From assembly GCA_043745805.1 (NCBI GenBank), contig JAYTSD010000001.1, positions 161,315 through 225,314 on the forward strand: a stretch of DNA of 64,000 nucleotides. The letters are read 5' to 3'. Below the pieces are notes generated by a model. That model was not told where the DNA came from, made no database searches, and saw only the letters and a program-made list of their open reading frames with translations. Source of the stretch: Fibrobacteria bacterium (GTDB taxonomy: Bacteria > Fibrobacterota > Fibrobacteria > UBA11236). Shown piece by piece: positions 38,613 to 47,720 of this stretch (position 1 is its first letter; each line of letters opens with the position of its first letter). Both the position numbers and the translations under genes were made by a program.

Positions 38613-39565
38613 TATTCTAATTCTTTAAGAGAGATAAGAATTTCTGCTGCGGGTAATGTCCAATATTTTTCTATTCGAGCGATGGCTTGTGCCTCATTGC
38701 TAAATACAAAGCGTAAAAAGACTTTGGGAATTGTGGGTAAAGGCCTGTTTAGGGGTTTCAAAGTGTAAATCCAAAGCTTGCGAGCAAGAGGATAATTACC
38801 ATTTTGAATATTTTCTTCCGTGGGTGAAATAAATTCTATTTGAGGGTCGCGATCATTTTTTCTCAGAGGTAGCACGCGTGTTCCCTTAGTTTTATAGCCT
38901 AATCCACAATAACCTATGGCATTTTTATTCATGGCAATGGCGGCTACCAAGGCTGAGGAGCCCAAGAACTCTTGCACTTCTTCGCGAAAATCGCGGGCCA
39001 TTAAAACATGCTCTTGAAAAAAAACATGCGTGCCAGAGGCTCCATTCCGTCCGTATAATTGCACAAAATTATTACTGAACTTTGGATTCAACTCCTTCCA
39101 ATAATTAAGGGTGGGTTGACCAGGGCCAGGGTTTTTAGCAAAGAGGCCATCGAGTTGCGCTAAACTAATGCCCGGCAAGAGATTTTTTTCGTTTACAAAA
39201 ATGGCAATCGCATCTAGGGCCACCGGAAATTCTTTTACTTCACAATGACAGCGCGATTCAATATTTGCTTTTTCGGATGGGCGCATGCGACGACTCATAG
39301 TCCCTAATTGTGCTGCACCTTCTGCCAAGGCCGTCGGCGCTGTTCCCGAACCCTTACCTTCAAATTGTATATGCACTTCAGGATAACGCCTCGCAAAGGC
39401 ATCGGCCCATACCGACATTAAATTATTCATGGTATCCGAACCCATGGCCGTGAGGGTACCCGATAAGCTACTGGGCATTGTGTGCGCTAAGGAATTGGAT
39501 TTTACTAAACCGAGGGCTAAATAAAAAAATAGGAAAAACCGTGTCATGCCTATTTGTTTCCCCAT
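38612..39565 (-). CDS. pstS: Phosphate-binding protein PstS
   Basis: GSDTM, EGKGSGTA, MSR, VALDAIA, YGRN.ASGT, YPLARKL. Confidence 0.92.
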   Translation of the reverse strand: MGKQIGMTRFFLFFYLALGLVKSNSLAHTMPSSLSGTLTAMGSDTMNNLMSVWADAFARRYPEVHIQFEGKGSGTAPTALAEGAAQLGTMSRRMRPSEKANIESRCHCEVKEFPVALDAIAIFVNEKNLLPGISLAQLDGLFAKNPGPGQPTLNYWKELNPKFSNNFVQLYGRNGASGTHVFFQEHVLMARDFREEVQEFLGSSALVAAIAMNKNAIGYCGLGYKTKGTRVLPLRKNDRDPQIEFISPTEENIQNGNYPLARKLWIYTLKPLNRPLPTIPKVFLRFVFSNEAQAIARIEKYWTLPAAEILISLKELE

Positions 39566-41340
39566 AAAGAAGCAGGAATATCAATAATAAAACGTGTAGT
39601 TTGGTTAGGAACACTTTCCACTTTTATGGACATGCCATATCGTAATACCGCATGTTTCACAATAGCCAAACCTAATCCCGTACCCTCTTGGGAAGCTCTT
39701 GCAGAATCTGTTCTGAAGAAGCGCTCAAAAATACGTGACGCTAAAGCTTCAGGAATGCCTGCACCGGTATTTTCAATCCAAAAAGCGGTGGGAGGATTAC
39801 CAGTTAAACCTAAATGAATTGATCCACCCATTTTATTGTATTTAATGGCATTGCTGAGCAAATTATTTAAAATAAGTTCTAAGTCACGCGTTTCTAAATT
39901 AATACAAATATTTTCAGGACATTCGTTTGTGGCGGTGAGGTGCATATTTTCTAAGGCTTCACGTTGCAGCGTCAGTGTGGCGGCAATAAATTCTTTTAAA
40001 TCGAGGGGTTTGATTTCCGTTGAAGGTAAATTCACTTCTAGGCGTGAAAGATGTAACAGATTTTGAATTAATTGTTCGAGTCGTAAGGCATTAAGATGAA
40101 TTTTGCGTACAAAAGGCTCACGCACTTTAGGATTATCTAAAGCGCCATCTAGTAATGTTTCGGCATAGCCTTTAATGGAGGATAAAGGGGTTTTTAATTC
40201 ATGCGAAGCATTGGCTACAAAATCGGTTTTTACACGGTCGAGATTTTTGAATTCAGTCACATCAATTATAGTCAATAAAAATTCTCGTACCTCGCCTTCC
40301 ACTTGCACTGGACGAATTTGACATAATAAGTCGAAGGGAAAAAAAGGCCCCTTTTCCAAAGTAACGGAAGTGGATTTTTCTTTACGCAATCCTTGTTCAA
40401 TTAAATCCAGTAAAGTTTTTTGCTGCACCAGTGCTTGCCAAAGCTGTCCAGTTACCGGGGCATCGGATTTTAAATTCAATAAGCGCAGTGAAGAGGGATT
40501 AGCAATTTTTATACGCCCCTCGATGTCCAAAATTACCAGACCTTCTTCTAGTCTACGAATAATCAAAGCCAAGCGATCGCGTTCTTGTCCTAAATCACTG
40601 GTTAATTTTTGAATACGAGTAACATAATGCTCTAAAGCTTGATTAAGATAATCTACTTCTAGAAAGCCGCCATCCCAATGATAGGCTTTATCGGTAGTAA
40701 TTTGTCCTAAATCTCTTAAGGGCTTAATGATTTTACGGGTTAACCAAAAGGTTACCCCTATGGCGGCTGCGGAAAAGAGCAATAGGAAAATCAATAAATA
40801 GGGAAGCGAGGCGCGTAGAAATCCTCTTTCCAAAGCGAGTGGAGCGCCCAAGCGTATTAATAGTCCTCTTTGTAAAGGCATCACCATGTACAGGGCTTTT
40901 TGATTTAAGGTGGTGGAATAATAAGTCGCTATGCTCCAGCCCTTTTGTTGTGCCTGTTTCCATTCAGGTCTAGTGTCGGGCACGATAGATATTATAGTTG
41001 CGGTCGGAATATGCGAATCACCCAAAAGTTTATTATTGCTATCCAATATGGTGAGATGAAAGCCTTTGCGGCTACTTAAATCTTTACAAACAGAATCAAT
41101 TTTTATGGGAGCAAGTAAACTGCTATCCGCATTAAATTGGGATGCCATCCAATGAATTTCATCGGATAAAATTTTTTCTTGGGTTTTTGAGAGCAAATGC
41201 GTACATAGCCCATAAATACTGGCACAAAAGACTAAGCATAGCGCGACTAAGATGGCTAAAAATGCGAACCATTGTGCACGCAAGGAATATTTACGTGCCC
41301 GTCCATTATCCAAGCTTCGCGCAAGGAATGGTTTATTCAC
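39550..41340 (-). CDS. phoR: Phosphate regulon sensor kinase
   Basis: Two TMs, PAS, DFVANASHELKTPL, GTGLGLAIVKH. Confidence 0.9.
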   Translation of the reverse strand: MNKPFLARSLDNGRARKYSLRAQWFAFLAILVALCLVFCASIYGLCTHLLSKTQEKILSDEIHWMASQFNADSSLLAPIKIDSVCKDLSSRKGFHLTILDSNNKLLGDSHIPTATIISIVPDTRPEWKQAQQKGWSIATYYSTTLNQKALYMVMPLQRGLLIRLGAPLALERGFLRASLPYLLIFLLLFSAAAIGVTFWLTRKIIKPLRDLGQITTDKAYHWDGGFLEVDYLNQALEHYVTRIQKLTSDLGQERDRLALIIRRLEEGLVILDIEGRIKIANPSSLRLLNLKSDAPVTGQLWQALVQQKTLLDLIEQGLRKEKSTSVTLEKGPFFPFDLLCQIRPVQVEGEVREFLLTIIDVTEFKNLDRVKTDFVANASHELKTPLSSIKGYAETLLDGALDNPKVREPFVRKIHLNALRLEQLIQNLLHLSRLEVNLPSTEIKPLDLKEFIAATLTLQREALENMHLTATNECPENICINLETRDLELILNNLLSNAIKYNKMGGSIHLGLTGNPPTAFWIENTGAGIPEALASRIFERFFRTDSARASQEGTGLGLAIVKHAVLRYGMSIKVESVPNQTTRFIIDIPASLWGNK

Positions 41341-42023
41341 CCTTTAAAACTTTCGGGATCCCATTGATAGCCAAAGCCGGTTACCGTGCGAATGCACGAG
41401 CCGTAGGGTTTGATTTTTTCTCGTACGCGCGTTACGGTAACATCAACACTACGTAGTCCCGATTTGCTATCCATGCCCCAAGCCCTCTCGAGTAAAGTGC
41501 TACGGTCAATGGTTTTGCCTTGCCCTTCAATAAGCACTTTGAGCACCATAAATTCACGTGGTGTTAAGTTTACGCGCACTCCCGCCACATTGGTCACATG
41601 ACGATCAAAAAATATTTCCAATTCTTTGAATTGCAAAATATCACGTCCACCTTTGCTACGCTTGATCAAAGCATTGGCACGCGCTACCAATTCTTTGGGT
41701 GAAAATGGTTTACACACATAGTCATCCGCGCCCACTTTAAAACCAATTAACTTATCGGTTTCCTCAGTTTTGGCGGTCATAAATAATACCGGAATATCGC
41801 GCAAACGCTCTTCTTTTTTCATGCGCCGGCATAATTCAGTACCCGTCATATCGGGTAGCATCACGTCTAAAATCGCTAAGTCCACAGTTTCATCATTCAA
41901 AATCGAAAGCGCATCGGCTCCAGTTTTGGCAGGAAAAACCACATAGCCTTCATTTTCTAGGCTATAGCTGACTAGTTCAAGGATGTCGGGATTGTCTTCA
42001 AGTACGAGTATGGATGAACTCAC
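41337..42023 (-). CDS. phoB: Phosphate regulon response regulator (OmpR family)
   Basis: LDVMLP, GADDY..KPFS, winged helix RTVTGFGY; heads the phoR-pst operon. Confidence 0.9.
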   Translation of the reverse strand: MSSSILVLEDNPDILELVSYSLENEGYVVFPAKTGADALSILNDETVDLAILDVMLPDMTGTELCRRMKKEERLRDIPVLFMTAKTEETDKLIGFKVGADDYVCKPFSPKELVARANALIKRSKGGRDILQFKELEIFFDRHVTNVAGVRVNLTPREFMVLKVLIEGQGKTIDRSTLLERAWGMDSKSGLRSVDVTVTRVREKIKPYGSCIRTVTGFGYQWDPESFKG

Positions 42024-42275
42024 ATAACCTCATTTTGTTATCGGTAAGGTAACAATGTAAGGCGAAATGATGCCAGATTTATTTCAAATATATTTCTAAA
42101 ATATTTCGATTGCGGGATTTGAGTTTAAAAATCTTTTAAAAGGGGTAAGCCTACCCCTACGCCTCGGCCTCGCGAAATTTCGCGGGTCCTCGTCTACCCT
42201 TACTCCATCACGGCGGTGTTTGCCCAATCCTCCATCTGAAAGATAAACCTCTTTTCTGAGGGATATTTTTTGCCA

Positions 42276-42848
42276 TTAACCATAGTAGGTGTTTTCCACT
42301 CCTCTCATTAAAAATCCAAAAATGAATCGATTTAGCTTTATCAAGTAGTTTGGCTTACCATTTTTATTTTTCCACCCCATTTTTTTCATTGAACTATCCA
42401 TAGGTTCTTGCATAAAGAAAATGGATTTTAGAATATCAAAACAATGAATGGAAATTTTTTCTAACCAAGAGTTCACTCGCTCAGGTTCGGTTTGGTGAGG
42501 CCTTTCTTCATGAAACAAGCCATCATTCTCAGGGTAACTTATAAGTTCATTATCCATGATCATCCGATTAGGATTGTGATCCCGCAACCTTTTGAGCCAA
42601 AGATTTTTAGCAATGGCATATAAATAAGTTTTCAATGAGGATGTTAAAACAAAATTAGGATCGCGCACTTTTTGCAGTAAAACCACAATAGCTTCTTGAA
42701 AAATATCTTCGGCATCATGCGCGTCGCCCGAGTTTTGTTGGATATAGACCGCGATGGTAGGGAAGTAAAATTTATACAGCAATTCAAAAGCATGGCTGTT
42801 TTCAGTTTTGAGTTCTTCGAGCAAGTTTTGATCTGGCAACTGGTTCAT
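42276..42848 (-). CDS. ECF-type RNA polymerase sigma factor, C-terminus apparently aberrant (possible pseudogene)
   Basis: AFELLYK, DAEDIFQEA, SSLKTYLYAIAKNLW sigma2; sigma4 breaks down after MGWKNK. Confidence 0.7.
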   Translation of the reverse strand: MNQLPDQNLLEELKTENSHAFELLYKFYFPTIAVYIQQNSGDAHDAEDIFQEAIVVLLQKVRDPNFVLTSSLKTYLYAIAKNLWLKRLRDHNPNRMIMDNELISYPENDGLFHEERPHQTEPERVNSWLEKISIHCFDILKSIFFMQEPMDSSMKKMGWKNKNGKPNYLIKLNRFIFGFLMRGVENTYYG

Positions 42849-42967
42849 AATAGATTCATAAAAACTTTTTATTCCTTAATACCCGAACTTTAAAATTATC
42901 ACCCATCAGGATCGAATTAATTTCATGTATTCTAAGTATACTTTAAGCACTTAACCAAGGCCATTTT

Positions 42968-43513
42968 GTGGGACAATCGACAACTCTCTATCGTTTTCAC
43001 ATCAATCTCTCCGATATTGACGGCGATAGGTACAAAACCTTGGATATAAGATTGGCGCAACATCCTTCAGAGTCTAATGCCTATCTTATGATGCGACTAA
43101 TTGCTTTTGTTTTGAATGAGCAAGAGTTTTTGGAGCTCTCCAAAGAAGGATTAGGTGATCCTGATTCTGCGGCCATTAGTGCGGTTACTCCCAATGGTGA
43201 AATTCGGCTTTGGATTGAAATAGGAAATCCTAGCGCGCGAAAATTACACAAAGCTTCTAAAGCAGCGAAACAAGTTAAAGTTTACACGTATAAAGATCCT
43301 GAAATTTTACTTAAAGAAATTAGAGAAAATCAGGTTTACCATGCGGAGAGCATTCAAATTTACTCTTTGCCCCAAAAATTCCTCGAGTGTTTAGCGGTTT
43401 ATTTGGAGCGTAAAAATACTTGGGAAATTATTCATCATGAAAAATTATTGAATATTAGTATTGGGGATCAGTCTGAAATTGCGGAGCTTTTAGAACATTT
43501 TGTTACCCAGTAA
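42968..43513 (+). CDS. yaeQ: YaeQ family protein
   Basis: LSDID, LAQHPSE...LMMRL.A, LWIEIG.P...KL.KA. Confidence 0.9.
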   Translation: MGQSTTLYRFHINLSDIDGDRYKTLDIRLAQHPSESNAYLMMRLIAFVLNEQEFLELSKEGLGDPDSAAISAVTPNGEIRLWIEIGNPSARKLHKASKAAKQVKVYTYKDPEILLKEIRENQVYHAESIQIYSLPQKFLECLAVYLERKNTWEIIHHEKLLNISIGDQSEIAELLEHFVTQ

Positions 43514-43536
43514 CATAAAGACCAAAAAACCGATTT

Positions 43537-44433
43537 TCAATTCAAAAACTGTTCTTTATAAGCATTCGGCGAAATTCCCGTTTCTTTTTTAAATAGCCTT
43601 GAAAAATAAGGTGGATTTTCGAATCCCAGTGTATAGGCTGTTTCGGAAATGGTTTTATCAGTACTCATTAATAAATTTTTAGCTTCATTAATTAAAAAGA
43701 TATGAATATGTTCTAATGCAGTTTTACCGGTTTCTTGTTTTAATAAATCACTTAAATATCTGGAAGAAGTGTTTAGTTTTGAAGCAATGAAGGTTACTGT
43801 AGGCAATCCTTTTTGTTGTAACAAGCCGCTTTCAGAATAGGAAAATAAAACTTCATTCAACTTCGATATCATGGTCCCTGTGATTATTTTTCGGTTTATG
43901 AACTGCCTTTTATAAAAACGTTGTGCATATTTTAGTATAGAGTCAATATGAGTTAAAATGATTTCCTTGCTAAACTCATCAAGATTGTTTTTATATTCAA
44001 CATTCATCTTGTCGTATAATTCCCAAATGATTTGCTCTTCGGAGGGTGATAAATGTAAGGCTTCGTTAGTTTCGTAATCAAAAAATCCGAATTTTTTTAT
44101 TTCTGAATTCAGGCTATGTCCCAAAAAATAATCTTCATGAATAAAAATAACAAATGCCTTTTCTGCCATTTCAACATTAGTGATTTCCATTACCTGTCTT
44201 GGTTTTACAAACGACATAGAACCATTGTCATGGTCGTATTTTGTTTTACCATACAAAAAATTACCTGACTTTATTTTTTTGAGTGCTATCATGTAAAATT
44301 CACTCGTGAATTTAGCTTCACCAATAGAACATTTGGTTAATTCGCTACAAGTCAATAAACTAAGCATCGGGTTTTCCGGCGATGGATAACCACTGCTTTG
44401 ATGCAATTGGGAAAGGGTTTTATAGCGTTTCAT
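43537..44433 (-). CDS. AraC family transcriptional regulator (Bacteroidota-type)
   Basis: YGKTKYD, FFDY..NEALHLS, RFYKRQF, YLSDLLK.ETGK, LGFE.P.YFSRLFKK. Confidence 0.93.
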   Translation of the reverse strand: MKRYKTLSQLHQSSGYPSPENPMLSLLTCSELTKCSIGEAKFTSEFYMIALKKIKSGNFLYGKTKYDHDNGSMSFVKPRQVMEITNVEMAEKAFVIFIHEDYFLGHSLNSEIKKFGFFDYETNEALHLSPSEEQIIWELYDKMNVEYKNNLDEFSKEIILTHIDSILKYAQRFYKRQFINRKIITGTMISKLNEVLFSYSESGLLQQKGLPTVTFIASKLNTSSRYLSDLLKQETGKTALEHIHIFLINEAKNLLMSTDKTISETAYTLGFENPPYFSRLFKKETGISPNAYKEQFLN

Positions 44434-44450
44434 TTTTTTCAGGAGTTAAA

Positions 44451-44490
44451 ATTACAAAACCTACATTAATGAGAATATAGGTTTTGTAAT
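44451..44490. terminator. Stem-loop between the SDR and AraC genes
   Basis: ATTACAAAACCTA...TAGGTTTTGTAAT 13-bp inverted repeat. Confidence 0.55.
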
Positions 44491-44512
44491 AATAGTTATT
44501 TGAAATTAGTTT

Positions 44513-45337
44513 CTAATGTCCGTGAGCTTTTGCGGATACTTCTTTCAACGCTTCCCAAGATTCTAACTTTTTCCCATAAGTGTATTGTGTCCAAGGGTAA
44601 GCTAATTTCCCTAAAAATAATCGGAGTGGCGGATTTTCTGCATCAACTATCCCAAATACAGCCTCCACAGTAGCATTAGGGTCGCCAATGTTTTCAGGTT
44701 TCAAGCCGTCTCCCGTCTTAAAGTCAGTAGTAATTTTTGCATAGGCATCTATTGGTTTACTTGCAATTGCAGATGAGCCGAAGAAATCCGTTTTAAATGA
44801 ATTTGGCTCAATTAAAGTTACTTTGATTCCAAGATCTTTGACTTCCATTTGTAATGATTCGCTAAAACCTTCCACAGCGTATTTAGTAGCACAATACAAG
44901 CCCATTGTCGGCAAAGAATTTAAGCCTAATACACTTGAAAGTTGAATGATATGTCCTTTACCTTGTGCTCTGAAAATGGGAAGGATGGCTTGAGTCATCC
45001 AAAGGGTGCCAAATACGTTTGCTTCGAATAAATCTCTTGCCTCTTTTTCATTATTTTCTTCAATCGTACCAAATACACAATATCCGGCATTGTTTATTAT
45101 CACATCAATATTACCAAAATGTTGTTTGGCTTTATGCACGACGGCTATGCAATCCGCTTTGCTTGTAATGTTTAATTGAAGTGGTAAAACGGCTTTACCA
45201 TATTTTTCCGTAAGGTCCTGTAATTGTTCTGCTTTTCTTGACGTAGCAATTACATTATCACCACGTTTTAAAAACGCTTCAGCCCAAATTCTCCCAAATC
45301 CACGAGATGCGCCAGTAATTAAAACTGTCTTTTTCAT
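44513..45337 (-). CDS. Short-chain dehydrogenase/reductase
   Basis: TGASRGFG, NNAG, YCATK. Confidence 0.93.
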   Translation of the reverse strand: MKKTVLITGASRGFGRIWAEAFLKRGDNVIATSRKAEQLQDLTEKYGKAVLPLQLNITSKADCIAVVHKAKQHFGNIDVIINNAGYCVFGTIEENNEKEARDLFEANVFGTLWMTQAILPIFRAQGKGHIIQLSSVLGLNSLPTMGLYCATKYAVEGFSESLQMEVKDLGIKVTLIEPNSFKTDFFGSSAIASKPIDAYAKITTDFKTGDGLKPENIGDPNATVEAVFGIVDAENPPLRLFLGKLAYPWTQYTYGKKLESWEALKEVSAKAHGH

Positions 45338-45445
45338 TATGTTATCCTTTCAATTAATGAATAGGATAAAACTAATACGAGAATAGGATGGAGTACTTAT
45401 ACAAAAGGTGGTATTTGTGATACATTTTAACGTGTAGGTAATTCG

Positions 45446-46918
45446 TCAAAAACTTTTAACCTCTATCGCTTGATTTTCCCATTCCTTGTAGGATTGTTGG
45501 CGTTTTTCTTCTATGAGGCGAATTCTCATGGAATATTTATTTGCTCCCATTTGTGCTTTTTTCGCATCCTCGTTTAAAGTAGTAGCTTGCACGCTTTTAT
45601 TTTCTTGCGCTAATCTTTTTTCAATTTCCTCCTCACTAGGGGCAATGCTGGAATCAATCGCCGCTTCAATGAGGTTTTCGGTTCCCGCTTTACTTTTGAA
45701 TGAAGCATCTTGCATCGCATTGGCGATTGCAAGGGATGTTCTTGATTTTACTAGACGATCGTGAATAGTCAATTCAACTTTATCGAATGGTTGTTGGCCT
45801 TGGCCATGGCGTATTTTTACAACTTTAAGGGTCCAATTTCCCATACTTAAAAATTCAGGTCCAATACTATCGCCTTCTCGAATAGAGGGGGTAACATTCA
45901 CGATCCAATGTCTAAGCTCAAGAGGTAAATCATGATCTTCTAGCGTCAAGTATTTTGGTCTTCTGGATGTAGTTTCTTGTCGTGAAACCGGTGGCGCAAG
46001 GTCGGCATCAACGGAAATCGTGTCGGGATTTTGAAATGCAGAGGGATGATTGCGATAATAAGTGAACGTTGCAAAAGCATCCCCTGCACTGTCGGGTTCC
46101 GGCAAAGCAGCTAAGACTGCAAGGGTGGGAAGGGCTTGCTGAAAAGATATATTTCGAGTTTTACGAACTCCATTAAAACGCAGCAAAGCGGCTCCATAAG
46201 GAAAGGCTAAACGAATAATTTCTCGATTATGCATTTGCTTCGCTTGGGTTTGAATTTCTGAAGGTAATAGGGTATCTGCGATGTTAACCCATTGTAAGTG
46301 GTTTTTCTTCTCACCAAGGAGATTAAGGGAATCAATTTCGGAAGAATCGCTGGAGGCAATAATGGAATATTTTCGTTCTTCATGGGATTGGAAAAGTTGG
46401 GCATAACGAGCATATAGCGCGTAAAGTAATGAATCACCCCATTGTTCTTGTATCATTTGGTTGCGAGTTTTTTCAAGGACTATGGCCAATACTTTTCGTG
46501 AGGGAACATTATCTAGTAATTGGGCATGATCCTCTAAATAATGTGCATTGAGTTTTTGGGCTAAAACTGCATGACGAATTCGTGCGATTAAACTTGTAGC
46601 TAAGGTAACGGAATCCGACTCTGGTTCTACCGAAGCTAAGGCTTTATTGAAAACTCCTACCGTAACAAGGCATTCGCCATTTGTTTTCCGGCTTGCTAAA
46701 CAATCGCTAGAATCTCCTGAAATTTTGAGCGACTCTCGTGCTTGGTTGATTTTGTTTTGAATATTTTTTTCTTTAGATAAACGGTTTGCAAGTATTCTTG
46801 CATTCACAACTATTTGTTTTGCTTCGAGAGCTTCTTTATCTTCAGAATAATTTGCGGCTTGCAAATGTGAAAAGGCAAGCAATGTTACTAATAAAATTCC
46901 AAATGTAGTGCATTTCAT
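45446..46918 (-). CDS. Secreted protein with two degenerate parvulin/PpiD-like repeats (paralog of 47721-49136)
   Basis: Signal peptide; YY.NH...F..PD, LP.E, G..IGP.....G.W and PFDKV...I segments; shared blocks with the 47721 ORF. Confidence 0.6.
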   Translation of the reverse strand: MKCTTFGILLVTLLAFSHLQAANYSEDKEALEAKQIVVNARILANRLSKEKNIQNKINQARESLKISGDSSDCLASRKTNGECLVTVGVFNKALASVEPESDSVTLATSLIARIRHAVLAQKLNAHYLEDHAQLLDNVPSRKVLAIVLEKTRNQMIQEQWGDSLLYALYARYAQLFQSHEERKYSIIASSDSSEIDSLNLLGEKKNHLQWVNIADTLLPSEIQTQAKQMHNREIIRLAFPYGAALLRFNGVRKTRNISFQQALPTLAVLAALPEPDSAGDAFATFTYYRNHPSAFQNPDTISVDADLAPPVSRQETTSRRPKYLTLEDHDLPLELRHWIVNVTPSIREGDSIGPEFLSMGNWTLKVVKIRHGQGQQPFDKVELTIHDRLVKSRTSLAIANAMQDASFKSKAGTENLIEAAIDSSIAPSEEEIEKRLAQENKSVQATTLNEDAKKAQMGANKYSMRIRLIEEKRQQSYKEWENQAIEVKSF

Positions 46919-46953
46919 GTGCTAGAAAAATCCTGTACTTTATAATAAATAAC

Positions 46954-46983
46954 AAAAAAGCCACCCCAGTAGCCTGGAGTGGC
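46954..46983 (-). terminator. Intrinsic terminator/attenuator after the 47000-47602 gene
   Basis: Minus strand GCCACTCCAG-GCTA-CTGGGGTGGC-TTTTTT. Confidence 0.75.
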
Positions 46984-46999
46984 CCAGAATTAATTAGGA

Positions 47000-47602
47000 T
47001 TAAAGTTTACGAGCAATCCAAACATTGCCATCGCCATTAATAGTTGCGCCAGCGATGCTGACATCACCTGTGCAACCGGCTTCAGTAGTCGCAGCAAGAA
47101 TCAAACCACCAGAAAACATGAATGCATCGGTGTTATGCGCTTCTGACCATGCAGACACTCTAATTCTAGGATTGCTGAAGCGGAAAGTTGTCACGTTTGT
47201 GAACCAAATACGCGCTTTTGGAAATAACGTGCCACCTGCATCATCAGACAGTTTTTGATAAACTTGGCTGTTGTCCTTAATCCATATTACTGGATCAGCA
47301 GCAACTCCAGAACTCCATGCGCCGTATTCAACGCAAACATTTTGATTGGTACCAGCAGCAGTTGTAATGTCAAAAAACTTTACAACTTGCGCATTAAGTG
47401 GATTGGAAAAAGTTGAGTAATTTTGATGACCAGCCAAATTGGATATGGCAGCAAAATCAATCTTGGTAGACAAGGCTCTGCCGACAGTACCTAAATATTG
47501 TTCGAATGAAACCTGGGCTTGTGCGGTTTTGGCCGTGAGTCCTAATCCAAGGGTAACTAAAAGAGCAGAAAGCCCGAGTAATTTTGAATTCTTAAAAATC
47601 AT
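47000..47602 (-). CDS. Secreted beta-rich protein of unknown function (paralog of 49230-49802)
   Basis: Signal peptide (AQA); DFA..AGH, VVKF, ADP.IW, LSDDAGGTLF, two Cys. Confidence 0.75.
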   Translation of the reverse strand: MIFKNSKLLGLSALLVTLGLGLTAKTAQAQVSFEQYLGTVGRALSTKIDFAAISNLAGHQNYSTFSNPLNAQVVKFFDITTAAGTNQNVCVEYGAWSSGVAADPVIWIKDNSQVYQKLSDDAGGTLFPKARIWFTNVTTFRFSNPRIRVSAWSEAHNTDAFMFSGGLILAATTEAGCTGDVSIAGATINGDGNVWIARKL

Positions 47603-47650
47603 TTTTATTCCTTTGTTAAGAGTGACGGGTTAAATATCTGTCACTTAAAG

Positions 47651-47681
47651 GTTAGATGTGGTACGCAAGGAATTTGTCTCA
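47651..47681 (-). promoter_or_regulatory. ECF-sigma-like promoter TGAGAC-N16-ACATCTAA
   Basis: Minus strand TGAGACAAATTCCTTGCGTACCACATCTAAC; same motif and spacing at 49966-49996 (+). Confidence 0.6.
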
Positions 47682-47720
47682 TAATTTTTTTGAAAAAGAT
47701 CAGACTATCTTTTCAGTCAA

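Noticed and set aside
42030-42075. Pho box upstream of phoB (TTAC/TAAC repeats)
   Set aside because: Repeats are not in consistent 11-bp register
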